IMG/VR virus record: IMGVR_UViG_3300044611_002466
Location: 64,001-128,000 of that record
Reading direction: 5' to 3' (one strand)
Source of the DNA: a virus
DNA length: 64,000 bases
Shown here: positions 37,523-46,772 of the stretch, in pieces
Numbering within the stretch: the first letter of the stretch is position 1
Layout: every line of letters starts with the position of its first letter
Translations under genes and position numbers: made by a program
Notes under the pieces: model-generated
Databases searched by the model: none
Told to the model about the DNA's origin: nothing
Seen by the model: only the letters and a program-made list of their open reading frames with translations

Positions 37523-37858
37523 CTACCGCAGCCGGCGAGTCCTTCTCTTTCGGCGGTAAGAGATTGGAATGGTGGAGAGGTCGAGGAGGGAGGGTCCTTC
37601 ATGCGCTTCCTGTATGAGGGTATGTTTCCAGTCGGCGGAAGTGCGCTTCAGTCGCCACTCCACACGAAGTGCGTGTCTCTTGTCGCCGATGAAATGCACG
37701 TAGACGAGCTCGACCGGCCGACGCCTGCTCGTGAAGCGGGCGCCACCGACGATCTCACCATTGTGCTGTCGTACACGTCGTTCCGGGTCGATGGAGGCGC
37801 CACAGTACAGACGTCCGTCCGCACATCGCACCATGTAGACCCACCAACCCGGGGTCAC
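37523..37858 (-). CDS. GIY-YIG nuclease (UPF0213/Slx1-like)
   Basis: WVYMVRCADGRLYCG...RR.RQHN...GGARFT..RRP..LVY...A...E. Confidence 0.88.
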   Translation of the reverse strand: MTPGWWVYMVRCADGRLYCGASIDPERRVRQHNGEIVGGARFTSRRRPVELVYVHFIGDKRHALRVEWRLKRTSADWKHTLIQEAHEGPSLLDLSTIPISYRRKRRTRRLR

Positions 37859-38055
37859 GTAGTGGTCCCGTCCACGTTGCACATGTAGCTGTCCAAGACG
37901 CGGATGCGCCCCGCCTTCTTGGGCGTCAGGTAGATCACGATGCGCAACGCGCGCTCCTCCGTCTCAGCGGCGGAGTCTCGGTGCGCGAGGATGACAGAGG
38001 AGACCTCTGTTGCCGTCGTGAGGTCCTCGAAGCGAACTGCGCGCCACTTCATCAT
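37855..38055 (-). CDS. Hypothetical protein
   Basis: GGAG RBS, coupled. Confidence 0.5.
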   Translation of the reverse strand: MMKWRAVRFEDLTTATEVSSVILAHRDSAAETEERALRIVIYLTPKKAGRIRVLDSYMCNVDGTTT

Positions 38056-38444
38056 GCACGCTCCTTGCTCATCTTCACCCACGGCACCGATTCCGCAGGG
38101 AGCATCGCCCATCGCAACGCGAGGTAGAAGGGGTACTCCTTCATGGAGTAGCTGCCATTGCGGTAGATGGTCCACTGGTCAGGGAGCACGACCTCGCAGA
38201 TCTTCGTGGAACCATCTGGAGAAGTCCAAGTCCACTTGTCTTCATCCGACCGCCAACCAGCCTGTCTCGCAGCAGCCACAGCACTGCGATTGAGGAACCA
38301 GCGACGCTGTCGCTGAAAGACCGACCAGCCAACGGAGACAGCGATGGCCAGCGAGATGGCGCCCAGAACGAGCTGACCGACGACGATGGCCAGTGCGCCG
38401 TAGATGTTGAGGATTGAGACCATCAACGTGTCGTCGCTGCTCAC
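38052..38444 (-). CDS. Hypothetical membrane protein
   Basis: N-terminal hydrophobic helix; GTGA overlap. Confidence 0.55.
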   Translation of the reverse strand: MSSDDTLMVSILNIYGALAIVVGQLVLGAISLAIAVSVGWSVFQRQRRWFLNRSAVAAARQAGWRSDEDKWTWTSPDGSTKICEVVLPDQWTIYRNGSYSMKEYPFYLALRWAMLPAESVPWVKMSKERA

Positions 38445-38929
38445 GACGACTTCGCCTCGAGACGGTCCAACCTGTCCAGCAGGAGGCGCATGTCGTGGAT
38501 CGCGTTTCGACCGTGGCGAGGATCCCGATCGTGGTACCCGAGGTACACGTTCGCCTGTTCGTTCTTCTCGAGGAGGCGTCTCAGCTCCTTGATCGCGGCC
38601 TTCTCCCTCTCGTCCTTGTGGTTCCACCCACAGCGCAGGCAGACATGACGGTCGTCGTCGGACAGCGGAGCCACGAATGAGGTGCACATGGCTGCGGAGC
38701 GCTTTCCACCAGCGTAGGCGTTCTCGCGCAGCCACTTCAGCTGGTCGACGTCGGCTTGGTTGAGGGGATGATAGTCATCCCACTCTCCGAGCTCGAAGGT
38801 CTCCACCTTTCCGACTCTGGGGTGGATGCAGTCGTTGGGGAAGTTGGCGGCATGAAGCTCCTCGACAACTTCCTTGGCGCCGAGGCCGGCGTGGTCGATG
38901 ACGACAGCGGTGAGGATGTGGGCTTTCAT
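38441..38929 (-). CDS. Hypothetical protein
   Basis: ATGA overlap. Confidence 0.6.
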   Translation of the reverse strand: MKAHILTAVVIDHAGLGAKEVVEELHAANFPNDCIHPRVGKVETFELGEWDDYHPLNQADVDQLKWLRENAYAGGKRSAAMCTSFVAPLSDDDRHVCLRCGWNHKDEREKAAIKELRRLLEKNEQANVYLGYHDRDPRHGRNAIHDMRLLLDRLDRLEAKSS

Positions 38930-39219
38930 TCGTCGTCCCTCGGTCCCAGACGACGAAGACCACTCGTCGTCATGATGTAGCCGTCCACCGAGAGGGCGTA
39001 AGCGAGCCCATTCCATGGAGCAGGGGGCAGTCGGTCAGCGAGGGCCACCTCGACAGCGCGCAGCCGCAGGCGGAACTCCGTGGCGAGGAACTTCGACACA
39101 TCCTCGTACCCTCCTTTGGGACACGTCGCCCCCGCATCGGGAGGCCCCTCGATGGGCTCGTAGAGGCGTCGCATGGCGTCTGTGACGGGATCTGACTCTG
39201 GCACCATAGGCTCTTTCAT
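38926..39219 (-). CDS. Hypothetical protein
   Basis: ATGA overlap. Confidence 0.5.
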   Translation of the reverse strand: MKEPMVPESDPVTDAMRRLYEPIEGPPDAGATCPKGGYEDVSKFLATEFRLRLRAVEVALADRLPPAPWNGLAYALSVDGYIMTTSGLRRLGPRDDE

Positions 39220-39479
39220 GGGGTCTCCGTTTTGATCATGAAACTCCTGCACCAGCAGGATTCGTCGCGGCACTCGACGTTCCTGGCTGCCGCGTTCTTG
39301 TGTCGACGGCTGATCGCCTCTGGTGTGGCCTCGTGCAGGGCCTCCTCCACACCCATCCATGCGCGAAGGTTGCCGTGCCCAAGCACGGTGATGATCTTCT
39401 TGGGGAGAGCGGGGATCTCCTCGATGAGCAACTCCCCGCTCCCGGCGAAGGTGTAGACCTTTCCAACTTCGAGCTTCAT
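39216..39479 (-). CDS. Hypothetical protein
   Basis: ATGA overlap. Confidence 0.5.
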   Translation of the reverse strand: MKLEVGKVYTFAGSGELLIEEIPALPKKIITVLGHGNLRAWMGVEEALHEATPEAISRRHKNAAARNVECRDESCWCRSFMIKTETP

Positions 39480-39976
39480 TCGTCGTCATCCTCTGGGTCT
39501 CTCAGGTCGTAGACATAGATGTCCTGGTCCTTGAAGTTCCGAAGGAGAATGCCCCCGACGACGGACCACTTGCCGCCGGCGAGACCACACCCGAGCCGTG
39601 GCATGCCGATCTTCGGGCGATCTCGCCACGACTCCAGTTGATTGGCGAGTCCTCCGATGGCGCGCTCCAGTGCCACGTAGTCGACTTGCCGGCCCCCACG
39701 CTTCACACCCCGGCCTCCGTAGTTGTACTGGCCGTAGAGGTTCACGACCGTGACGTCGCCATGGCGCTGCGAGCGGTCGACACAGCTGACCATCTCGTAG
39801 GTTCCCAGCTTCGCCATGTCCCCTCTGGTGGTGTTCTGGTCGGCCTCGTAGGCCTCCGGGAACTTGTGTCGGATCTGCAGCGCGATGCCCGCACCGAAGG
39901 CGCAGAAGCAGTTGCAACAGTGGACCATCACGTTGCAGTCCGACTCGAGAAGGTCGCCCACCACGTAGTGAATCAT
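39476..39976 (-). CDS. Macrodomain protein (ADP-ribose binding/hydrolase)
   Basis: GDLL, HCCNC...FGAGIA..I...FP, NLYGQ, MPRLGCGLAGGKW. Confidence 0.9.
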   Translation of the reverse strand: MIHYVVGDLLESDCNVMVHCCNCFCAFGAGIALQIRHKFPEAYEADQNTTRGDMAKLGTYEMVSCVDRSQRHGDVTVVNLYGQYNYGGRGVKRGGRQVDYVALERAIGGLANQLESWRDRPKIGMPRLGCGLAGGKWSVVGGILLRNFKDQDIYVYDLRDPEDDDE

Positions 39977-40296
39977 TGACGAGCTCCTTTTCCGAGTTTG
40001 CAGTGAGGGTAGCGAGCACGCACGTGCAGCACAGCTCCGGCCCGGCTGTGGCTGCGGAAGGTAAAGTCGATGGCACCGTCTTCGCTCGCGCACCAGTACA
40101 GCGGGGCCCCCAGCCCGAAGTAGGCGCCGTGTTTGTCGTAGCCCTGGCTGTCCAGGCGTACGCGCCGCAGGTACATCTTGCCGTCGTACGGGGCGCTCCC
40201 GGGCGGAGCGACGGCCGGCCTCCCATGTGCTGTGCCTCGGGAGGCCTCGCCCATCCACCCAGCCGGCGCATGGGTCTTGTAGTCCGGCTTGCTCAT
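39973..40296 (-). CDS. Hypothetical protein
   Basis: RVRLDSQGYD..GAYFG.G.PLYW. Confidence 0.6.
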   Translation of the reverse strand: MSKPDYKTHAPAGWMGEASRGTAHGRPAVAPPGSAPYDGKMYLRRVRLDSQGYDKHGAYFGLGAPLYWCASEDGAIDFTFRSHSRAGAVLHVRARYPHCKLGKGARQ

Positions 40297-40748
40297 CGTG
40301 GTCGTGCTCCTGGAAGGCCGAAGTAGTCCTTGATGATCTGCGAGTACTCCCGCTTGGGGGGCGGCGGAAGCTCCCGCTCTTCGCGTCGAGCCGACCTTCC
40401 ATTCCGCACACGAGGGGCCAGATCCTCCACCAGGAGCGCAGGCGTGACGGCGCGGTCGTCGAAGGTCCAGATGCCGTATGGACTCGAGGACTGCTGCAGA
40501 TGAGGAGGCAGCCTCTCAACCAGGGCCGCTTCCGTCTCGAAGACGACGTCAGCCTTCCGCCAGTAGTAGTAGGCGTCGGTGTCGACATGCACGTCGACCG
40601 AGGTACCGAACCAGACCAGCAGACAGGCCGCCAGGTCGCTGGGACCCCTGACGTACACCGCCATGCCGCGCGGAGTCCCCTTCTCGTAGAGGTAGCCTCC
40701 CCAGTTCTGGGTGTACTTGGCCAAGAAGAGCAGGTAGTACGTCTTCAT
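40293..40748 (-). CDS. Hypothetical protein
   Basis: ATGA overlap. Confidence 0.55.
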   Translation of the reverse strand: MKTYYLLFLAKYTQNWGGYLYEKGTPRGMAVYVRGPSDLAACLLVWFGTSVDVHVDTDAYYYWRKADVVFETEAALVERLPPHLQQSSSPYGIWTFDDRAVTPALLVEDLAPRVRNGRSARREERELPPPPKREYSQIIKDYFGLPGARPR

Positions 40749-41116
40749 CCTTCCTCCAGAGGGGGTGGTTCGCCTGGAACGGGTGCAGCCATCCCCTCGA
40801 CCCACAGGACCGAGGTCACGATCAGGTCCACCCCGTAGTGGGTGTGCCCCTGCGAGTCCGTCCAGCGCTTCGGCGAGATCTTGGCCTCCACCATGATCCC
40901 GCTGCCCTTCCGGACCGACGCCATCTGCTTCGCGATGGCGCCGTAGCCGACGAGCCGGTGCCAGTCTACGTCCTCGATGAACGTGCCACCCACCTTACGT
41001 GTGCGCGGGGTGCAGATCCTCATCTCGCAGACCGGGGCCCCGCTCGGCAGGTTGGCGAGCTCTGCGTCCCGCCCCGTTCGGCCCATCAGATAGGCCTTGT
41101 TCATCCCTGCGAGCAT
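40745..41116 (-). CDS. ssb: Single-stranded DNA-binding protein (no acidic tail)
   Basis: MNKAYLMGR.G.DAEL, DWHRLV..G, KGS..MVE.KI...W. Confidence 0.85.
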   Translation of the reverse strand: MLAGMNKAYLMGRTGRDAELANLPSGAPVCEMRICTPRTRKVGGTFIEDVDWHRLVGYGAIAKQMASVRKGSGIMVEAKISPKRWTDSQGHTHYGVDLIVTSVLWVEGMAAPVPGEPPPLEEG

Positions 41117-41117
41117 G

Positions 41118-41300
41118 TCAGTGTCGCTCCTTGGCGTGCTCGTTGATCTTGTCCTCGACCACACCGATCAGGATCTCGACCACGTAGTCGATGTCCTCCT
41201 TGTCCAGCTCCGGGTGAAGCTGCGCAACGAGGTGCTCAAGCGCGGCTTTGTAGGAGTAGGTCGCTTGACTCGCCCTATACTTCTCGAGCTTCTTGCCCAT
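41118..41300 (-). CDS. Small hypothetical protein
   Basis: GAGG RBS. Confidence 0.5.
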   Translation of the reverse strand: MGKKLEKYRASQATYSYKAALEHLVAQLHPELDKEDIDYVVEILIGVVEDKINEHAKERH

Positions 41301-41592
41301 CGGACTTCCTCGGGGTGACTGGGATGAAACTGTAGACGTCGATGATGTACGCCGGTACGGCCCAAGAGGGCTTCCAGAGCAGTCTGCGGTTGACGAGCCC
41401 ATGCACGACTGCCAACGCAAGCCACCTCCAAGGGAGGACTATCCCTTCGGAGCGCTCCGCCTGCGGCTCCCCACCACGAGGAACGGGCGCTGCGACGATG
41501 ACGTAGTAGGGCGGCTCGAACAACCACAGCCACGCCGGTGGATGGTCCATACGAATGCACCCGTCCTTGACGGTCAGCTTTTGGCCTGCCAC
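41275..41592 (-). CDS. Hypothetical protein
   Basis: ORF track. Confidence 0.45.
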   Translation of the reverse strand: MAGQKLTVKDGCIRMDHPPAWLWLFEPPYYVIVAAPVPRGGEPQAERSEGIVLPWRWLALAVVHGLVNRRLLWKPSWAVPAYIIDVYSFIPVTPRKSDGQEAREV

Positions 41593-42570
41593 CTATCCCC
41601 CCTTCGGTCCCCGCTTCTGGACCTCGCGGGTTTGCGCATTGATGAAGGCCACCTGCGCCTCCAGGCGCAGATCTCGCATGTCCTCAGAGCGCGTCCACTC
41701 CTCGAGCACCGCCCGCGGGCTCTCCGAGGTGTTCACCCGAAGGCGCCTCCCCAGCTCCCGCGCCAACCGCTCGAGCAGGGGAGGGGCAGTCGTCGGAGTC
41801 AGCATGGTCAGGGCCGTGAGCGCGCACCGCGTGTCCTTCTCGTCCGTCGTGAGCACGTACACCCGAAGCAAGGGCACGTCGTCCGCGCGATCGACGTCGT
41901 AGCTGCCGTACAGGCCCTCGCAGAGCCAGCTCCAGGTGACCTTTGTCCCATCCTCCAGCACGTGTACCAGGTCGGGGAAGTCGATCGGCTCCTTGAACTG
42001 CCCCGACCTGGACTGTCCCGTGGAGACCGTGTGGTCCCTCCAGGACGACTGCCAGGAGTCGTCGAGGTCGTTGGTGTCGTAGTGACCGAAGGTGGGCGCC
42101 TGGGCCCCCTCCGGGGGCGGCGACGACGCGGGCCCAAAGTCGCCGTCATCGGCGTAGTGCTCGGGGTCGAAGAAGTCCGGGGAAGAGTGCTGGGCGGCAA
42201 GGAGCGCCCTCATCTCCTCCACATTCACCAGTCGAGACGTCATGCTCTGCACAGCCGCCGAGTACAAGCCATTTGTGGCCTCTTCGAGGACGACATCCAG
42301 CCCCATGTCAGGCGGAACAGGCTCCTGACTCAGCACCTTGATCACGTAGGTAGTCTCGTAGCGCGCCTCCACGGGGGCATCAGGGTCTTCCCCTTCGCTG
42401 GTGCTAACGAAGACCTCGTCGTAGATGACGCCCTCACGCCCTTGCATGTCAGGCAGGTCGCTCGTGACCGTCAAGTGTCCCTTCTCCACGTCGTACCTGA
42501 ACTCGAAGTGCCCATCCGTGTCGACAAGGCCGACCTCGAGGACGTCACCAGGCCTCAGAAGTACCTTCAT
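41593..42570 (-). CDS. Hypothetical multi-domain protein
   Basis: 325-aa ORF, ATGA overlap. Confidence 0.6.
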   Translation of the reverse strand: MKVLLRPGDVLEVGLVDTDGHFEFRYDVEKGHLTVTSDLPDMQGREGVIYDEVFVSTSEGEDPDAPVEARYETTYVIKVLSQEPVPPDMGLDVVLEEATNGLYSAAVQSMTSRLVNVEEMRALLAAQHSSPDFFDPEHYADDGDFGPASSPPPEGAQAPTFGHYDTNDLDDSWQSSWRDHTVSTGQSRSGQFKEPIDFPDLVHVLEDGTKVTWSWLCEGLYGSYDVDRADDVPLLRVYVLTTDEKDTRCALTALTMLTPTTAPPLLERLARELGRRLRVNTSESPRAVLEEWTRSEDMRDLRLEAQVAFINAQTREVQKRGPKGG

Positions 42571-42836
42571 GAATCACTCTCCATCGGGTTTGGCTGATCG
42601 TTGTGGTCGATCTTGGTGTACCACTCGTGTCCTTCTTCGCACCGGACGAGGCACGCCCCTTCGGCGTCGCACACGGTGCGCTGCCCGTTCCAGTTCATCC
42701 GGGTCTCGTTGGCCCAGGAGGTATACCCGTCCTCATCAGGCTCCTCGAGGAGGGCGACCCCATGGACGGTGTCCACCGTTCCTTCAGGATGAAGCCCGCA
42801 GGTTGGACACTTTGGCTTGTCGATCCGCATCACCAC
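42567..42836 (-). CDS. Small Cys-containing protein
   Basis: CPTC...C..GH.W. Confidence 0.55.
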   Translation of the reverse strand: MVMRIDKPKCPTCGLHPEGTVDTVHGVALLEEPDEDGYTSWANETRMNWNGQRTVCDAEGACLVRCEEGHEWYTKIDHNDQPNPMESDS

Positions 42837-43162
42837 TCCTTCGGTATTGTGTCTTCGAGAGATCTGTGCTGCTCGCCCACTGCCACGACATCCGCGTCGA
42901 ACTTACCGTGGTTCACCGCCAGTCTGAGGCGCAAGTTGTGTCCGGGTCCGAGCTGGTTGACGATCCAACCAACACAGGGCTTTTCCTTCCCCATTTCGGT
43001 CTCGTGACAGGCCATCATGGGCCGCTCATCGTTGATGTCGTCCCCCGGCTGCGCCACCGTGTCGCGGAGCTTGACGTGATTCTCCCTCTCGTAGCCATTC
43101 GGGATGTCGTAGGGGTCGACTCCTACCTTCCAGGGACACTTCTCGCACTGTCGGCGTGCCAT
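42830..43162 (-). CDS. Cys/His-motif phage protein (DUF6283-like)
   Basis: C..CPW, MACH, CVGW (recalled family). Confidence 0.55.
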   Translation of the reverse strand: MARRQCEKCPWKVGVDPYDIPNGYERENHVKLRDTVAQPGDDINDERPMMACHETEMGKEKPCVGWIVNQLGPGHNLRLRLAVNHGKFDADVVAVGEQHRSLEDTIPKEW

Positions 43163-43201
43163 CCCATCCTCACATACGGGCGTTGCCGTGGTTGCAACGC
43201 C

Positions 43202-43242
43202 CTTATGACAGCTAAAGTAGCAACGGCCTGTGCCGTTGCTAC
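43202..43242 (-). promoter_or_regulatory. Terminator + TTTAGC + GNCATAAG unit
   Basis: CTTATG 43202, CTAAA 43212, 11-bp stem 43217-43242. Confidence 0.65.
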
Positions 43243-43263
43243 CGTCCGCCGCTGCTCCCCGGA

Positions 43264-43608
43264 CTACGCCTCGCCGGGCTCCGGGGAGTGGAAGCCTCGC
43301 ATTCCGGGAAGAGAGGTGGGGTCGCGGTGGGCCGCCACACCAGACTCATCCTCCCCGGACAGCAATCGCTGCGCGGCCGCGTCCAGCGATTCGAGGCTCG
43401 CGGCCAAGATGATGTGCATCTCGCCGCCTCCGCCACTACACGCATGGAGCTGCACGAAGCTCCCCGTGCGCGGGTTGCGGATCTGGCTCAGCCCGGCCGG
43501 CATGCCGTCCCCCGGCACATGCACGAGCGCAGCCATCCGCTGCTGCCCCAGGAGTGCCTCAACAACGCCCCACCACTTCTGCCTTTTTGCCCATTCAACC
43601 AGCATCAT
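43264..43608 (-). CDS. Hypothetical protein
   Basis: GAGGTGAA RBS. Confidence 0.55.
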   Translation of the reverse strand: MMLVEWAKRQKWWGVVEALLGQQRMAALVHVPGDGMPAGLSQIRNPRTGSFVQLHACSGGGGEMHIILAASLESLDAAAQRLLSGEDESGVAAHRDPTSLPGMRGFHSPEPGEA

Positions 43609-43663
43609 TCACCTCGGTTGCTTCTTGGTTGACCATCACTTCTGCTTGTCCATCTGAGGTCCA

Positions 43664-43864
43664 CTACTTGAAGACGTAGAGGCCGCGAGAGTTGGCGTAG
43701 CGCTCGGCTGCGTCCTTCGAGGCCCCTGGGGGGCAGTTCAGGATCGTGTCGATCGATGCCCAGACCGCACCTTCGGCCCGCAGGTGGTAGGCCCGAGCCC
43801 CGTCCACCGGAGGCCCCATCGCGACGATGGCCGGCGGCGGGACGATTACCACGAGCTTCTTCAT
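43664..43864 (-). CDS. Small hypothetical protein
   Basis: ATGA overlap. Confidence 0.5.
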   Translation of the reverse strand: MKKLVVIVPPPAIVAMGPPVDGARAYHLRAEGAVWASIDTILNCPPGASKDAAERYANSRGLYVFK

Positions 43865-44181
43865 TCCGGCTCCCGCAGCATCATCACCTCGAGAGCGTCA
43901 GCCTCGGAGTCGAAGTGATTGTGCCAGCCGTCGGCCCCAAAGGGCCGCCAGCGCCACCCATCGGACGCGTGGCAGACGATGATGAGGCCGGTCCCAGGTG
44001 ACCACCAGGTGCGCGCGGAGTGGACCCTGTATCGAATCCAGCCACGCTGCCTGGCCTTCCTCCGGAGCCGGACCAGCCGCAGCAGGTCCCTGACGGGCTC
44101 CTTCAGGTAGTCCGCCAGGGTCATGGAGACCCCGCCCAGGAAGAGGCCCAGGAGGACGATGAGCATCGGAGAGTTGGGCAT
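43861..44181 (-). CDS. Hypothetical membrane-anchored protein
   Basis: N-terminal hydrophobic helix. Confidence 0.55.
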   Translation of the reverse strand: MPNSPMLIVLLGLFLGGVSMTLADYLKEPVRDLLRLVRLRRKARQRGWIRYRVHSARTWWSPGTGLIIVCHASDGWRWRPFGADGWHNHFDSEADALEVMMLREPE

Positions 44182-44188
44182 GAACCCC

Positions 44189-45325
44189 TCACTTCTTGAT
44201 GAAGATGGTCTTGGTCTTCGGGGGAGGGAGATCCTCCCCCTGCAGGTAGGGCGCGAGCAGGTGCTCGACCAGGTGGAGCTTACCCCCCTTGCCGTCCTTC
44301 TCGGCGAGCACGCGCTCTCCGCCCGGGGAGCTCACCCAGTACCGATGGAAGTGCCCCGAGATGTACTTCGGGTGCTTGAGCTTGCGCACCGGCTCTTCGG
44401 GCCCGGCGGAGCCCCCCGGGCGGGCACTACGCACCTTCTTGCTGAGGCTGAGGACCCGATAGCTGTTCAAGGTCTTGCCCGCGTCCTGGAGGACCCTGGC
44501 TGCCTTCGTCGGACGACGCTTGGCCTCCTTCGTGTTCATGACCGGCGTGACCATCTCGGACAGCACGCTGGTCGTGTTCTTGAGAGCGTAGAGCAGGTTC
44601 ACGATGACCCGCTCCAGCTCGGGAACACCGCCGAACTCGCTCGGAGCCGCGCCCAGGGGGATCTCGGGGCAGAGATGGAAGACCACCAGCGCGTCGTCCC
44701 GCATCTCACGCATCCGCGCGGGCACGGTGCCCTTAGGACGGCCGACTCCCACGCAGGTGATCCCGCGCACGAAGATGTAGTCGGGCGATCCCGAGCTGAC
44801 GATTCTCTGCCCGTCGGCTTTGTTGACCCGTGCCGCCCCCGCAGCGAACGAGGGCTTGCCGTTCACCGCCGGCACGGCGATGACGTCCCACACCAAGTAG
44901 AAGCCCTCGATGGGGTGCTGCTGCCCGCTGTTCGACAAGCAGAAGAGCGGGGGTAGTACGACGTACATGCCGTTGTCGGGAACCGACTCGACTCCTAAGT
45001 CGAAGGTCTTGACCGGAATCTCGGTGAACGTCAGCGTCCGTGCCAGCTCCTCTTCGAGGAAGTACACCGGCTTCCCGTTGTCCTCCCACGCGAGGATTGC
45101 GTGGGTCAGCGCCCCTTGCGCGGTGTCCAGGGGGTCGATCTCATTACCCGCCGCGCTGTGCAGCGCGTGCAAGAAGTGCTCCAGCTGCCCGCTGCTCTTC
45201 ACCCCATCCGGAAAATACTTCCGAATGGTGTCGTACAGCAGCGGGCCATACTCGCCAGTGGTCATGATTTCGGGGTGCTGCATCTTCCGCGCCCCGATGA
45301 CTGCCTGCTTCTTGGTAGACTGCAT
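44189..45325 (-). CDS. Conserved-type phage hypothetical protein
   Basis: 378 aa; C-terminal GHFHRYW...HL..PYLQG motif. Confidence 0.65.
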   Translation of the reverse strand: MQSTKKQAVIGARKMQHPEIMTTGEYGPLLYDTIRKYFPDGVKSSGQLEHFLHALHSAAGNEIDPLDTAQGALTHAILAWEDNGKPVYFLEEELARTLTFTEIPVKTFDLGVESVPDNGMYVVLPPLFCLSNSGQQHPIEGFYLVWDVIAVPAVNGKPSFAAGAARVNKADGQRIVSSGSPDYIFVRGITCVGVGRPKGTVPARMREMRDDALVVFHLCPEIPLGAAPSEFGGVPELERVIVNLLYALKNTTSVLSEMVTPVMNTKEAKRRPTKAARVLQDAGKTLNSYRVLSLSKKVRSARPGGSAGPEEPVRKLKHPKYISGHFHRYWVSSPGGERVLAEKDGKGGKLHLVEHLLAPYLQGEDLPPPKTKTIFIKK

Positions 45326-45344
45326 GATTCTTCACCTCTATCCC

Positions 45345-45390
45345 CTTATGCCCAAAAGAGGGGCTAAATAGGTCCTCCCCGAGTGGGGAG
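45345..45390 (-). promoter_or_regulatory. Terminator + TTTAGCCC + GNCATAAG unit
   Basis: CTTATG 45345, CTAAA 45364, CTCCCC/GGGGAG hairpin; GAGGTGAA RBS downstream. Confidence 0.65.
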
Positions 45391-45414
45391 GTACCGCGCC
45401 ACGCGTGCGGCGTC

Positions 45415-45915
45415 TTACTCGGAGGGTGACCCGTCTGCGTTGTGCACGGTGAAGGTGGTCACCGGGGAGCCGTCGAAGCGCAGCGCCTCGAGGACCGTCT
45501 CCATGCTCACCTTCGCCTGCGTGAGGAGGTACTCCTCCCCCGCAACACCACCAGAGCTGTAGTGCTCGAACGCCGACCCAGCGAGGGCCGTCTTCAGGCG
45601 GTTGCCGATGTCCCGGTGCCACCCCTCCTCGACCGTCATCCCGGGTGCGGGGCGATACCGCAATGAGTAGAGCTGCGGGAACACCCGCCGCACCACTTCG
45701 AGCACATCGCCGACCTTCTCCACCTTCACGATGTCACCGTATCGGTAGCCGGTCTCCAGCTTCGGACACCCGTCGATGAGCCTCAGCCTGTCGCCGAGCT
45801 TCCTACACCAGATCCACCTACCACTCGGAAGGCGACAGCGCGTGAGCTGCCACCTTTTGGAGCGCTCGCGGTACTCCGTCTTGATGTACTCGTCGAAGTC
45901 GAACTCCTCTGCCAT
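45415..45915 (-). CDS. Hypothetical protein
   Basis: GGAGG RBS. Confidence 0.6.
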   Translation of the reverse strand: MAEEFDFDEYIKTEYRERSKRWQLTRCRLPSGRWIWCRKLGDRLRLIDGCPKLETGYRYGDIVKVEKVGDVLEVVRRVFPQLYSLRYRPAPGMTVEEGWHRDIGNRLKTALAGSAFEHYSSGGVAGEEYLLTQAKVSMETVLEALRFDGSPVTTFTVHNADGSPSE

Positions 45916-45923
45916 GATGCCTC

Positions 45924-46283
45924 CTACCTGCCGCCCTCGCGGCTGACGATGTTGTCGTAGTCGATCCCGGCCGCTACCGTTTCAGCGCTCGTTGGCCTCT
46001 TCGACGTCACATCCGTGAACCGAGCCCACACCCAGTAGTTCCGAGTGTGAGCTCGTCTCCATGGGTTCGAGAAGCCGCTGATCTCGTGCCCCCTCGAGCG
46101 CTTCCACTCGGCGCACAGAAGGTCCCAGGCGGTGCCCTTGTTCGGCACCACAGCCATGCCGACCTTGATCATGTGCGTCTTGGCGAAGCACTGCACCTCG
46201 AGACAGGGTCGCTCTGGGTCTTCCCCGCGCTGCAGAGGCTCTCGTACCTCCTCCGGAAGATCGGCCCAGTTCACCTTACTCAC
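45924..46283 (-). CDS. Hypothetical protein
   Basis: GAGG RBS before GTG. Confidence 0.5.
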   Translation of the reverse strand: MSKVNWADLPEEVREPLQRGEDPERPCLEVQCFAKTHMIKVGMAVVPNKGTAWDLLCAEWKRSRGHEISGFSNPWRRAHTRNYWVWARFTDVTSKRPTSAETVAAGIDYDNIVSREGGR

Positions 46284-46716
46284 TTGGCACCTCAGTGGGT
46301 TCCTTCCAGCACCCCACCACGTAGAGCGCATCGCCTTGAAGGTCCGGGAACTTGGCGTCGAGTCGGCGCGAGATCAGACGCACTTTCACCGCCTTTTCCT
46401 CATTCAGCCGTCGTTCCTGCAGTACGACCGCTCTTCTCGCTTTGTCGAGTTCGACCCGCCGGTCGTTCTGCGCCTGTTGCAGCTCCAGGAGCTCCTTTCT
46501 CGCCAAGATGAAGTCGTCCTGGAACAGCCGATCCTTCTCGTTATATTCAACGCCGAGGACCTTGAGCTGGGCGTCGAGCTGCGGAATGCCCTCTTCCTCA
46601 TACAGCTGTCGTTCGCATTCCACTCTTTCGATATGTCTCGTCTCCCAGCGCTTCTTCTTCGCCGATTTGGCGGCTTTGTTGTGCGCTTTCTCCTCTTCCG
46701 TCTGCTTCTTGACCAT
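46276..46716 (-). CDS. Hypothetical charged coiled-coil protein
   Basis: Lower-GC segment. Confidence 0.55.
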   Translation of the reverse strand: MVKKQTEEEKAHNKAAKSAKKKRWETRHIERVECERQLYEEEGIPQLDAQLKVLGVEYNEKDRLFQDDFILARKELLELQQAQNDRRVELDKARRAVVLQERRLNEEKAVKVRLISRRLDAKFPDLQGDALYVVGCWKEPTEVPSE

Positions 46717-46772
46717 GTGGTACCTCTCAGTGTCGCCGCCCAACGATGACGGTCCTCGCGTTCGGAGCCAGT

